DNA of 64,000 nt from a virus. Position 1 is the first letter of the stretch. Each line of letters begins with the position of its first letter. The translations under genes were made by a program, and so were the position numbers. Location of the stretch: IMG/VR virus record IMGVR_UViG_3300025141_000025, positions 96,001 through 160,000 of that record, one strand, 5' to 3'. The notes under the pieces are model-generated. The model saw nothing but the letters and a program-made list of their open reading frames with translations, ran no database searches and was not told the origin of the DNA. This document shows, piece after piece, positions 55,576-64,000 of the stretch.

Positions 55576-55995
55576 ATGAAAAATGACATTTTTAAAGAAG
55601 AGGACCTGCTTGCTGTAGTCGGTGGTTCTGTCGGAAAAGAAGATAAAAAAACTGATACTGCAGTTATAGCAACAGTTGTTGCCGTTGGATTGCATGATCT
55701 CATTGTAGAAACACAAAATGGCATTCACAAAGTGTCAAAAGAAATTTGTCAAAAAATTGATTTTTCGCCAGGTGTCCTGAAGCGCTGCAAAGTTAAAATA
55801 CCAGAGCTAGGTGATTTAGTACTAAGCTATGAAAAAAAACCATATTCAGTTGACCCACCTAAAAAAACAACAGGTGTTCTCTATAAGATAAGTTATAAAA
55901 TGGGTACACCAGATACATGTGTTATTATGTGTGGCACTGATATGGTTGAAACTAGATTTTCTAATATTGTCTTGTTGCAGTCACGACAATCTTAG
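55576..55995 (+). CDS. hypothetical tandem SH3-like protein
   Basis: 139 aa; PELGDLV...GVL. Confidence 0.6.
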   Translation: MKNDIFKEEDLLAVVGGSVGKEDKKTDTAVIATVVAVGLHDLIVETQNGIHKVSKEICQKIDFSPGVLKRCKVKIPELGDLVLSYEKKPYSVDPPKKTTGVLYKISYKMGTPDTCVIMCGTDMVETRFSNIVLLQSRQS

Positions 55996-56156
55996 GTTTG
56001 CAATTTATCGTATTTTTCCAAATCACCAAAATGTTCTTTTAATATGATATGATCACACCAATTTACTGTGCACCATTTTGTTCCATGAATCTTCACAATG
56101 GTACCTGTCAATTTATTGATGTTACCACGATATTGTATTTTGTCACCAATCTTCAT
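55992..56156 (-). CDS. MKVGDLV-like mini-protein (54 aa, not in ORF track)
   Basis: MKIGDKIQYRG...GTIVK...VNW. Confidence 0.6.
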   Translation of the reverse strand: MKIGDKIQYRGNINKLTGTIVKIHGTKWCTVNWCDHIILKEHFGDLEKYDKLQT

Positions 56157-56171
56157 GGTGACTAATTATCG

Positions 56172-57794
56172 TTACACCTTAATTCGGTCTATCAAGCCAG
56201 GATAACTAATAGCGAGTTCACGATAAAGCTTCTTTATAACTTTCTTAGAAATGTCGGCGACCTGCTGTTGGGCTGACTTATCCCTCAACCACTTCTCTGC
56301 AGCATCCTGCGTGACGTCTGAGACGAACTTGTTGATGTCACCTTTGGTTCCCATAAAGGTCTTCCCTAAAGCCTTTCTAATGGCATCCTCTGCCTGCTTT
56401 TTGGCCAACTTTTCAACATCTTTTTTGTCAAGTGAATCTCTCTTGATTGCTATAGCAGCTTGTTTTTTGGCGATAGTTTCGATAGTCTTTTTATCAGCTG
56501 CAGATAATTCTTCCGTTAAAAGCATTTCTCTTATTGTACGCCTTAGTAATTTAGTGTGGTCACTTTTTTCGTTTATAGTTTTTCCATGTCGTTTAAAGTG
56601 TGCCCACAGTGGTGTGCCCTCTTCATCCCAGTAGGGCCCAATGTCAAAATGACCCTTAGAGCGACCCCAATTTATAGTTTCAGTTGAAGCTTCAGGGTAT
56701 TTTGTTATCTTTATCTTGATTTCATTAGGAAGCACATTTCCCCTCTTACTGCCTCTTATCTCAACAGTAAATTTTGCGTCTGTATCAGTCTCAATATTAG
56801 CAGTAACTTGCTTTGAAGCGTCTTTTCCACCCTTACAATATCGTGGATAGCTAATGTTCACACTGGTAGGGGTACCAACCATATCAATGGCATCCTGTGG
56901 AGTTTCCAATAATTTTATCGTATATCCGCCCTCATGTCTTCTTGCGTATACATAGCCGTAGCCTAAACCTGATGCTAGATATTTTGCTACAACTGCTGCA
57001 TCAAAGGTTGAGGGCAGTTTCTTTTTACATGCGTTAGCTTTTGTGGGTGTACCGTTTGCATAATCCGTAATCCCTTGGGCAACTAATGACTTGTCAACCC
57101 CCAGTGCAGTGACAAACACATCCAAACTATGAGATGCAGGTGTAATTACACCACCATTTTGTACAAATGCGCCGGCATAACCAGCATTTGCAAAAGTAGA
57201 ACCAGTGGGATCTTTCAACGATATATAAAGTGGTTCTGCTTCACCTATGTCTAGGGTAATATCAGAAATAGCACTTCCTACATTGCTCACTTCCCCAGTA
57301 AGGGGTCGTCTACGAGCTGGTTTGAGATCTTCGACCCCCCTAATGCCTGTTGCAGGTAAGTTAAGGGCATCAAGAATTTCATCAGCCAACGGCCCCATTC
57401 GGGCCCGTAATTGTTTATGCAGCTGCTGTTCGAAAACCTCTCCTTTGTTGGGGCTTCCCATCACCACAGAAAAAGTTTCATTCGGACCCTGGACTATGTG
57501 TGTCTCATATTTATCCGATCTGCTCTGGGCGCCCCCTTTAGGTGGGACAGTATCTACAACATTAAAACCTGGAACTTTATTGATCGCGGTGGTCGCATCA
57601 ACTGAAGTGAGTGGAATCGTGGCATCATGTAATCCGAAACGCACTTCTTTTTCGCCTGGCTTTCGCCCTGGATTCATAGACTTAAAATCTGCGTTGGTTT
57701 TTAAAAATTGTTGCTTGAAAGCAGACTTGTCCATGTTCCGGCGCTCAAATAAAAGAACCCGGTTAAGATAATTTCTTAGTAATTCTTCACTCAC
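56172..57794 (-). CDS. hypothetical, possible PD-(D/E)xK nuclease-like domain, with LRxxI tags
   Basis: GEVFE...ISDITL...YISLK; N-terminal LLRNYLNRVLLFE; internal LLRRTIREMLLTEE. Confidence 0.55.
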   Translation of the reverse strand: MSEELLRNYLNRVLLFERRNMDKSAFKQQFLKTNADFKSMNPGRKPGEKEVRFGLHDATIPLTSVDATTAINKVPGFNVVDTVPPKGGAQSRSDKYETHIVQGPNETFSVVMGSPNKGEVFEQQLHKQLRARMGPLADEILDALNLPATGIRGVEDLKPARRRPLTGEVSNVGSAISDITLDIGEAEPLYISLKDPTGSTFANAGYAGAFVQNGGVITPASHSLDVFVTALGVDKSLVAQGITDYANGTPTKANACKKKLPSTFDAAVVAKYLASGLGYGYVYARRHEGGYTIKLLETPQDAIDMVGTPTSVNISYPRYCKGGKDASKQVTANIETDTDAKFTVEIRGSKRGNVLPNEIKIKITKYPEASTETINWGRSKGHFDIGPYWDEEGTPLWAHFKRHGKTINEKSDHTKLLRRTIREMLLTEELSAADKKTIETIAKKQAAIAIKRDSLDKKDVEKLAKKQAEDAIRKALGKTFMGTKGDINKFVSDVTQDAAEKWLRDKSAQQQVADISKKVIKKLYRELAISYPGLIDRIKV

Positions 57795-57876
57795 ATCAAC
57801 CCGCCTACAAGTTTTTCTTTCATAATCATTACCTTAGTAAATATCTGTCATTTGAAAACCTCAAAAAGATGATGTT

Positions 57877-58908
57877 TTATTTTAGGGTTTGGGATTTTTT
57901 GAGTTCTTTATCAATCCACTGCAACGCGGTTTGATTTTTCACAGGTGATAAAATAAAATTACTAATTTTCTTTTCAGCGGTCAAATTTTCTTTTTCCCTC
58001 AAATTGTCCCCGTCTAAAATTACAATATTACTGCCAAAAAGATCTATGTAGTTTTGCTTGTTTTTGTCGACTGCTGTCCAAGACCTTGTAAGATCCTTGT
58101 CACGCAATCGGCGGCCGCCTCTTTCACCCCGGGCAATGTTTCTTTGTTTTGCAACATCAAGTGAAGTTGCAACGTACACCATAAATGTATCATATCCAAG
58201 ATCTTCAAACTTTTTCTTTTGACTTTTTATTGTCGTATAATTTCCGCCGGTACCATCAATTATTAATCCTAAACGACCGTCAACGTAGTCCTCTTTTCTT
58301 TTCTTTGTTAGAGCTCTTGATTTATTGAACAGTTTTAGTTTTTTAATCCTATTTTCCCTGTCATCATCTTGCATGTCCATGCTTGAAAACTCACCCGACT
58401 CAATTCCTTTTTTCATTAGTAACTCAAAGGCATCATCTACATTTACAATCTTTAGTCCATATCGACCAGGAAAAACTAAATTCTTGACCGCAGTCGACTT
58501 GCCTGATCCGGGACCACCAGCAAGAAAAATTACCTTAAAAATCCCCTGGTCGTGGACACCCTCAGTCAGTAATGACAGGGTTTCATAAATTATTTTTCTT
58601 ATCTGTCGCCGTGTGGTTCTCATGTTTCCTTCATTCAGTTTACCAGGTGCCAACTGGTCTAATGTCTTTTCTAAGACTTCACCTTTTTTCCATCCTGGCC
58701 CCTGGTTCATGCATTGATACTCAGCAGTTTTTCCGGCGTTACCTGGAAGTATGTTAATAGAAATTACAATGCCAACGGAGCCATGGTGTTTACAGCTGGG
58801 ATTTACATTGACAACATGGTCACCCACTGCCGGCTCATGAGCATGGCTTTGAAAAGTATCAAGCGCTTCCCGAACAAGGCTTCTTAGTTTGCTTTTTGTA
58901 ATTTTCAT
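57877..58908 (-). CDS. KITK-leader zeta-toxin-like P-loop kinase
   Basis: MKITKSKLRSLVRE; internal MRTTRRQIRKIIYE; GGPGSGKS, NVDDAFE, IIDGTG, RNIAR. Confidence 0.75.
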   Translation of the reverse strand: MKITKSKLRSLVREALDTFQSHAHEPAVGDHVVNVNPSCKHHGSVGIVISINILPGNAGKTAEYQCMNQGPGWKKGEVLEKTLDQLAPGKLNEGNMRTTRRQIRKIIYETLSLLTEGVHDQGIFKVIFLAGGPGSGKSTAVKNLVFPGRYGLKIVNVDDAFELLMKKGIESGEFSSMDMQDDDRENRIKKLKLFNKSRALTKKRKEDYVDGRLGLIIDGTGGNYTTIKSQKKKFEDLGYDTFMVYVATSLDVAKQRNIARGERGGRRLRDKDLTRSWTAVDKNKQNYIDLFGSNIVILDGDNLREKENLTAEKKISNFILSPVKNQTALQWIDKELKKSQTLK

Positions 58909-59102
58909 TTTTTGTTTGATTTTCTAAACTGTTTTCTAAGTTGTTTAATTTCGATATTTTGTGAGCTTAATTTTTCACTTATCGATTCAACCTGTGTTTC
59001 AAGACTAGAAAGTCGGTGCTGGGTGGAATAATAAAATCCACCCAGCACCGCGACACAAGTGCCAATTGTAATTAGCGTCTTTATGTCTAAAGTTATTTTC
59101 AC
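58905..59102 (-). CDS. small membrane-anchored coiled-coil protein
   Basis: TM helix plus coiled coil. Confidence 0.6.
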   Translation of the reverse strand: MKITLDIKTLITIGTCVAVLGGFYYSTQHRLSSLETQVESISEKLSSQNIEIKQLRKQFRKSNKK

Positions 59103-59103
59103 C

Positions 59104-59550
59104 TTACTTTTCTTTTCCCTTAGATAATTTATCCTTTAGTCCTTTTAGTAAACCTATGAGCCAATTGTACCCACCAGTTAGTTTAGCTTTGACCCAAGAC
59201 AAGGTTCCTGTAACGGTTCCCCAAACTGTGTTCCATGCTTTATTAACCCAACCTTTTATGGTTCCCAAAACATCTGATACGACTTCAACAGCCTGATCCC
59301 ATGCCAGGTCTAGAATATCAACGATTAATTTAAGGGGTGAGCTTAGTACACGAAGGACTGGATGTCGGTCTCTTCGCAGCAAAAGCCACGCCAAAAGTAC
59401 ACCAATTAAAAGACCTTCAAGACGAGGGGCATCAGTGTGTAAATGACACAATAAATCCCAGCCCCACGTTGATACGGCTACAAGTAGCGCCCACGCAGAA
59501 ACTAAAAGACCATGTAATAAATCCCAGCCTGCAGTCATAACTTCATTCAT
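59104..59550 (-). CDS. hydrophobic Trp-rich membrane protein
   Basis: Amphipathic W-repeat helices. Confidence 0.65.
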   Translation of the reverse strand: MNEVMTAGWDLLHGLLVSAWALLVAVSTWGWDLLCHLHTDAPRLEGLLIGVLLAWLLLRRDRHPVLRVLSSPLKLIVDILDLAWDQAVEVVSDVLGTIKGWVNKAWNTVWGTVTGTLSWVKAKLTGGYNWLIGLLKGLKDKLSKGKEK

Positions 59551-59655
59551 TCGTTTTCTCCTTTATTTGAATTTGAATAATTTTTTAGTTATTCTCGACG
59601 GTGTTTACAGTTCAACCAACTTACCCGTCGTTCATTATCTATTTATCCTTGAGGA

Positions 59656-59991
59656 CTACATTTCATACTCTTCTGCCAAACCCTCGGAAATTAAAAAATT
59701 TTTCAAATCGATATCACCAAGAACGTAAACTGTAGCCAGCCACCGGCCGTATTTACCCTTACCGTGAGTTGTAATAATTACCTCTTTGTTCAAACAAAGA
59801 TCCCTAACCCTATCACGGGCTTTGAGGGCCATAACTTTTTCGTCTGGATCTTTTGAACGAATTTCAGGTGTATTCACACCCACTAACCTAAGTTTTATTT
59901 TCTTCGCCCACATCTTGAAGCCTAGATCAACTTCTGCCGTTAATGTATCACCATCATAGACTTTTGTAATGACAGCTCTGTACTCATACAT
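59656..59991 (-). CDS. thermonuclease (SNase) family
   Basis: VYDGDT, RLVGVNTPE, GKYGRWLA. Confidence 0.9.
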   Translation of the reverse strand: MYEYRAVITKVYDGDTLTAEVDLGFKMWAKKIKLRLVGVNTPEIRSKDPDEKVMALKARDRVRDLCLNKEVIITTHGKGKYGRWLATVYVLGDIDLKNFLISEGLAEEYEM

Positions 59992-60810
59992 TTACGCCCA
60001 CCCTCTCGACGTAAATTCTATGTGCGTCATTACAGGAATATCCAGGCCGGCCTTATCTAGTAGCGGTTGCCAAACGATATCAGCTTCCGCCGTGTCAGGA
60101 CCGGCAGGCTCCATCTTTTGTAAATCTTCATCCCAGTAACCCGGCTGATTTGACGAGTCAGGTACGATAATCGCCAATGGAGACCAGTTGTCGACGAGAG
60201 CCTCATTATTCTGTGAGCCGCGGGAGCCGCCGACAGAAGGGTTCCAGTCTTCTTTATCCAACACAATAATTTTGTATTCTTCGTAACCTTCTGGTTCGTA
60301 TATCTGCTCAGCGCCTTTGTTGACGCCAGACTGCTTCTTTCTTTCTGGAAAAGCTGCACGGTAAGTATCTGTAGACCCTGTGTACAGTTGGTCCATATCA
60401 TTTGCTAGAAGAGTAATGTGACCCTTGATTAAAATTCCATAGTCCCCAAACCTACCGGCACCCTTTATTTCGCCTGGTAAATACGCTGCAGCGGATAGTT
60501 CATCTTTGGAACTAAATGAACCGCCAATAAACATCCTCATCGTTCTCTGGTCGCGGAACCAATGCACCGTGACCAAACTGCTAAGGAAATCGCGGTCAGC
60601 GGTTTTGGCGAACGCCTTTTTAAGAAGCTTGCCTTGATCGAGAGCACCCTTAACGAGCCTTCTCCTCTCATCAGGATTACTCTCTACGGCGTAGGTTCCC
60701 GAGAAGTTTGCTTCGCTGTGGCCTGCATCAATGAGGTGTTGAGCAAATTGTTTGCGTCGGGCTGCATCTTCTAGCAGCAAAGACCTTATGTACTCGCGCA
60801 GTAGTTTCAT
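59992..60810 (-). CDS. MKLLREYIR-leader hypothetical protein
   Basis: MKLLREYIRSLLLE. Confidence 0.75.
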   Translation of the reverse strand: MKLLREYIRSLLLEDAARRKQFAQHLIDAGHSEANFSGTYAVESNPDERRRLVKGALDQGKLLKKAFAKTADRDFLSSLVTVHWFRDQRTMRMFIGGSFSSKDELSAAAYLPGEIKGAGRFGDYGILIKGHITLLANDMDQLYTGSTDTYRAAFPERKKQSGVNKGAEQIYEPEGYEEYKIIVLDKEDWNPSVGGSRGSQNNEALVDNWSPLAIIVPDSSNQPGYWDEDLQKMEPAGPDTAEADIVWQPLLDKAGLDIPVMTHIEFTSRGWA

Positions 60811-61436
60811 ATCATTACCAATTTTCCTGCTGCTTCGAGTGCATTCATCGTCGTGGGTGGCTTTGTGTATCTTTTACTGAGGGGCGAGGTTTGCCAATCA
60901 ATGTTTTTTGGCATGCCGTGATGGTTTGTATAGGAAGCGACACGCTGAACACAATTATCTTCTTCTTCCGGCGTTAGCGTATTTTCGAGGTCGTCCAATT
61001 GAATGCCCGTCACATCACCGCGATTGGATAAATAGTAATCCCACACCCTTCTAGCCTTTGGAGAAACAGCTCCACGATCAGAAATCAGGCCGCCACCGTT
61101 TTGAGTTGCATACTCCATCGCTACGTCATACAACATAGGGCCCCAACCCTGGGTAGCCTCTGTGTGATAGACTTCCCAAGCACCGCCACATTCTCCCATT
61201 CCGGTTCGACTTGCGACTCGAGGTACTGACGAGATTGCCACGGAGCCACGAGGCTTGAGGTAAAGCATATCAGCCCTCATCCACTGGTCCGTCTTCGAGT
61301 GATACGCGGCATAATAAATCCTGACCTCTGCACCGGTGCCCTCCTCTATCGCGACGGAGATTCCTTCTGGTAAATCAGCAGGTCCTCTAGCAGCCTCGGT
61401 TAACAGTGTTCTTATGTATTCACGTAGCAGTTTCAT
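60807..61436 (-). CDS. MKLLREYIR-leader GNAT-like acetyltransferase
   Basis: QGWGPMLYDVAME...SPKARRVW. Confidence 0.6.
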   Translation of the reverse strand: MKLLREYIRTLLTEAARGPADLPEGISVAIEEGTGAEVRIYYAAYHSKTDQWMRADMLYLKPRGSVAISSVPRVASRTGMGECGGAWEVYHTEATQGWGPMLYDVAMEYATQNGGGLISDRGAVSPKARRVWDYYLSNRGDVTGIQLDDLENTLTPEEEDNCVQRVASYTNHHGMPKNIDWQTSPLSKRYTKPPTTMNALEAAGKLVMI

Positions 61437-61771
61437 GATTCTATTCTCAATATTTGAATGGGTAGTTTTTCTACATTCCAGAACACAGCGATTCCCCTCT
61501 CACGGGTTGGGGCAACAGGGGTGGTAAATTTTATAAAAACAGGAGTCTCTTCGAAACCTCTTCCTCTGTATAAGACAGTTATATCTTCTTTATTTTCTGC
61601 TTCTTCTTCGGGATCATCAAAAAATGCGTGAATAAATCCCCGCTTACCCGGATAAAGACAGTTACATTTTTGAATAGCTTCTAGGCCGGCTTGAGTTGTA
61701 CCATGCATATAGATCTGCTGGCCCGACTGTTCTGTGAGCAAGCCTCTTATGTACTCGCGGAGTAGTTTCAT
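61433..61771 (-). CDS. MKLLREYIR-leader protein, possible ADP-ribosyltransferase-like fold
   Basis: YMHGTT...I...LYPG; start corrected. Confidence 0.5.
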   Translation of the reverse strand: MKLLREYIRGLLTEQSGQQIYMHGTTQAGLEAIQKCNCLYPGKRGFIHAFFDDPEEEAENKEDITVLYRGRGFEETPVFIKFTTPVAPTRERGIAVFWNVEKLPIQILRIES

Positions 61772-62835
61772 TTTGGCATCTCCACAGGGTGCCCTGCCCA
61801 AATTCCAAGATTTTCAACTACCGATGCTGCCTCTTTGGCATCATACCAGCCCCAATAAGTCTTCATAAGTTTCGACAGTTCATTATAGATCTCATGGTAA
61901 GACTCATTCCAGCGACCTTTTACTCCGCTCGGTGATGTGTAAATCTTTTTGAGACCTTGTTTCACTAACGGATACCAAACCCTTCTCGCCATGTCCGGTT
62001 GGTCCTGCGTCGGTGGCGAGTGACCTCCAACTATTACATCAAGCGCATCAATTACAACCTCCACTACTTCTTTCATCTCGTAGACTGCCGGATCATTGCC
62101 CAACCCAACCATGCCTGCTAGTTCTATTGCCTGAGCACCACCGTTGACGAACACTTCCTTAATCTTATCGAGCTCGGAGCGTTCCTGTTCCTGCTCGGTT
62201 AGCAGTCCCCTTATGTACTCGCGGAGTAGTCTTGATTCGGTCATGACCTCGGTATATCTATTCTCACCCTCATAAATAAAACTGTCAATATGGTTGAAAC
62301 TCAACCCTTGGGCTGTACCAAGTATCTCAACTTCGGCCATACACTCATTTCTGGCACCACCCGCAAGATCTGAACCATTCCATCGAGGCAAGACTTCTTC
62401 TAGTTCTGGCACCCAAAAACCGTAGTCCTCGAGGTCATCAACTAAGAGCTCACTCACACCAATTGCATCCACATCTTCTTCCTCTAGGTCGCGAATGTCC
62501 TGAATGTCATTGTCAATCATGTACTTTACGATCTTTACGATTGAGGTGCGGTCAAAACAAACACTTGAGTCCATGACGTCTCTGAAAAAGCCGTATCCCT
62601 TGTCGAAGAAGGTTGACTTGGAAAGCAGGTCATCAAACGCTTCTTCATCGTAGTCAAGCTTTTCGAAGTAGAAGTCTTTCAATGCAGATTCTGACACCAT
62701 GCCTAGTGTGTCTTCTCCATTATACAAGAAAAGAACATCGTCATAATCATTCACAGCGGTGTGTAACATGTCACCAATGTCGAAGTAGGTGTTACTTTCA
62801 TACTCGGGTTGTACATCTACGACAATTAATTTCAT
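61768..62835 (-). CDS. isochorismatase/cysteine-hydrolase-like domain fused to an LLREYIR-tagged domain
   Basis: LIVVDVQ, DKGYG, GGARNECM; internal SRLLREYIRGLLTE. Confidence 0.55.
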   Translation of the reverse strand: MKLIVVDVQPEYESNTYFDIGDMLHTAVNDYDDVLFLYNGEDTLGMVSESALKDFYFEKLDYDEEAFDDLLSKSTFFDKGYGFFRDVMDSSVCFDRTSIVKIVKYMIDNDIQDIRDLEEEDVDAIGVSELLVDDLEDYGFWVPELEEVLPRWNGSDLAGGARNECMAEVEILGTAQGLSFNHIDSFIYEGENRYTEVMTESRLLREYIRGLLTEQEQERSELDKIKEVFVNGGAQAIELAGMVGLGNDPAVYEMKEVVEVVIDALDVIVGGHSPPTQDQPDMARRVWYPLVKQGLKKIYTSPSGVKGRWNESYHEIYNELSKLMKTYWGWYDAKEAASVVENLGIWAGHPVEMPK

Positions 62836-64000
62836 AAATCCCCCTCTAACAGAGCATTCTGTATCATGCTTTTGTATGTGTCTTCTTGTAACCAGTCTTC
62901 TTGTGCGCTTTTACTTAGTGCATGAAGGGGGTCAAAATATAAAAACTTTTCCCCAGGTTTAACAGAAGGCGCAGTCCACCCACTTATTCCGCTATCTTTA
63001 TGATACCACTCATAAGAGTGGACGCAGCGTTTACCTCCACCTCCTGGAGCGTCAACAACAAACGTAGGCGTGTTAAATCCGGCTGTCACACCCCTCACGC
63101 ACTTTTCTACATCAAGTGCTGTTTGTAAAGATGTTCGCATATCTTCAGTACCGGCCGTTAGGTCATGTATGTAAACATAGTAGGGTTGAATGTTGATATA
63201 GCTTAGTTTTTTCACCAAAGAAATCATGCTATCAGCAGTGTCATTTACATGATTTTGAAACACAGACTGATTTCTGACCTTCACACCCCTCGAGAACAAA
63301 ACGTTCATGGCATCCTGTGTAATTCCTGTAATTTCATTTGAGTGGTTGAAATGGGTATGAATACATACTTCCTTGTACTGCTTTCTTGCCTTGCTTGTTA
63401 TCTCACATATTGCGTCGGTCCAGCCTGCGTCAGTCAAGATCTTCATTGGCATAATTGCAAGGCCTTTTGTAGCAAATCGAAATCGCCTAATGTGATCAAT
63501 CTTTAACAGCTCTTCACCAATCTCTTTTACTTGAGATGCTTTAAGTCTATAGGAATCCCCTCCAGAAATTACCACGTCTTGGATTTGCTTGTTTTCTCTC
63601 AGGTAATTGAACATAACATTCCATCTATCTCTAGACGCTTTGATAGAAACCTTCTCGGCGGTGTCTGTGTCTCCACCTACCGCATAAGCCCTTGTACAAT
63701 ATCGACAGTATACAGGACATGTGTCCAACGCAAGAAATAACACCTTATCTTCATACCGATGCGTCAGGCCTTTCACAGGGGAGTCTGCTTGTTCACCTAA
63801 GCTATCGAATCGCAACATAGGATGGTCAGGTTGGAGATGAGAAGCAAGTGTCAGGAACTGCCTTCTAATGGGACAGTTAGTTGGATCCTGCCAGTTCATA
63901 AGTGACAATAGATACGGCGTAATCCTGGTGGTCATCGGAGCTTTTTTAAAACCGGCTTTGGCATCTTCTAAAAATTCGTCATTCACAAGCTCCTGAATTG
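62832..64000 (-). CDS. KamA-family radical SAM (lysine 2,3-aminomutase-like), 5'-truncated by window edge
   Basis: THRY, CPVYCRYCTR, ISGGD, HFNH, NQSV, PYY, DAPGGGGK; frame stays open to the window end. Confidence 0.92.
   Translation of the reverse strand, partial: IQELVNDEFLEDAKAGFKKAPMTTRITPYLLSLMNWQDPTNCPIRRQFLTLASHLQPDHPMLRFDSLGEQADSPVKGLTHRYEDKVLFLALDTCPVYCRYCTRAYAVGGDTDTAEKVSIKASRDRWNVMFNYLRENKQIQDVVISGGDSYRLKASQVKEIGEELLKIDHIRRFRFATKGLAIMPMKILTDAGWTDAICEITSKARKQYKEVCIHTHFNHSNEITGITQDAMNVLFSRGVKVRNQSVFQNHVNDTADSMISLVKKLSYINIQPYYVYIHDLTAGTEDMRTSLQTALDVEKCVRGVTAGFNTPTFVVDAPGGGGKRCVHSYEWYHKDSGISGWTAPSVKPGEKFLYFDPLHALSKSAQEDWLQEDTYKSMIQNALLEGDL

Larger units (their letters stand above)
35634..56156 (-). 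repeat. dispersed 14-bp gene-junction repeat ATGAAAGTCGGTGA
   Basis: tcaccgactttca and close variants at about 25 gene starts. Confidence 0.8.

Noticed and set aside
35468-56156. Integron cassette array or diversity-generating retroelement
   Set aside because: No integrase or reverse transcriptase, no attC-like palindromes and no TR/VR pair seen; genes overlap directly
58905-59102. MKITLDIK (and MKISNKRI at 12011) as members of the KITK leader family
   Set aside because: They lack LRxxIxE and continue into signal or TM segments
1-64000. tRNA/rRNA genes and stop-codon reassignment
   Set aside because: No cloverleaf or rRNA-like segment recognised by eye (tRNAscan not run). Conserved genes are intact in code 11, and TAA, TAG and TGA all serve as stops

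Overview
This 64 kb window is most likely part of a large (jumbo/huge) dsDNA phage genome. Genes are densely packed, almost all on the minus strand, in the standard genetic code, and mostly small hypotheticals. No capsid, terminase or portal gene is in the window, so the viral identity is inferred. A CglF/GltF-like gliding protein and a Cys-repeat/vWA lipoprotein suggest a Myxococcota-like host. Layout: (i) 1-4.8 kb: YhbH/YeaH (DUF444), DinG-like helicase, cytidylyltransferase, ClpP and a trypsin-like protease. (ii) 4.8-24.7 kb and 56-62.8 kb: a putative late/virion region. About 26 otherwise mostly unrelated proteins share an N-terminal MKITKRQLRRIIKE(E) leader, and a few more share MKLLREYIRxLLxE. 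I propose these are capsid-targeting, protease-cleaved tags on virion cargo, analogous to the T4 internal-protein CTS. (iii) 25-31.9 kb: a GC-richer block of strong sigma70-type promoters (GTGTAA-N17-TATAAT) driving a RadA-like ATPase, a MoxR AAA and a vWA-metallopeptidase, each transcript opening with a GGA-containing hairpin. (iv) 35-56 kb: an array of more than 30 MKVGDLV KOW/SH3-like mini-genes joined by a recurrent 14-bp start/stop overlap, interspersed with a MazG-like enzyme, a metallophosphoesterase, def, dnaJ, dnaK and uvsE; archaeal-type GAPDH and a fatty-acid hydroxylase lie just before it. The window ends inside a KamA radical SAM gene. Several real genes missing from the ORF track were found, including a 36-aa peptide with 10 Cys.
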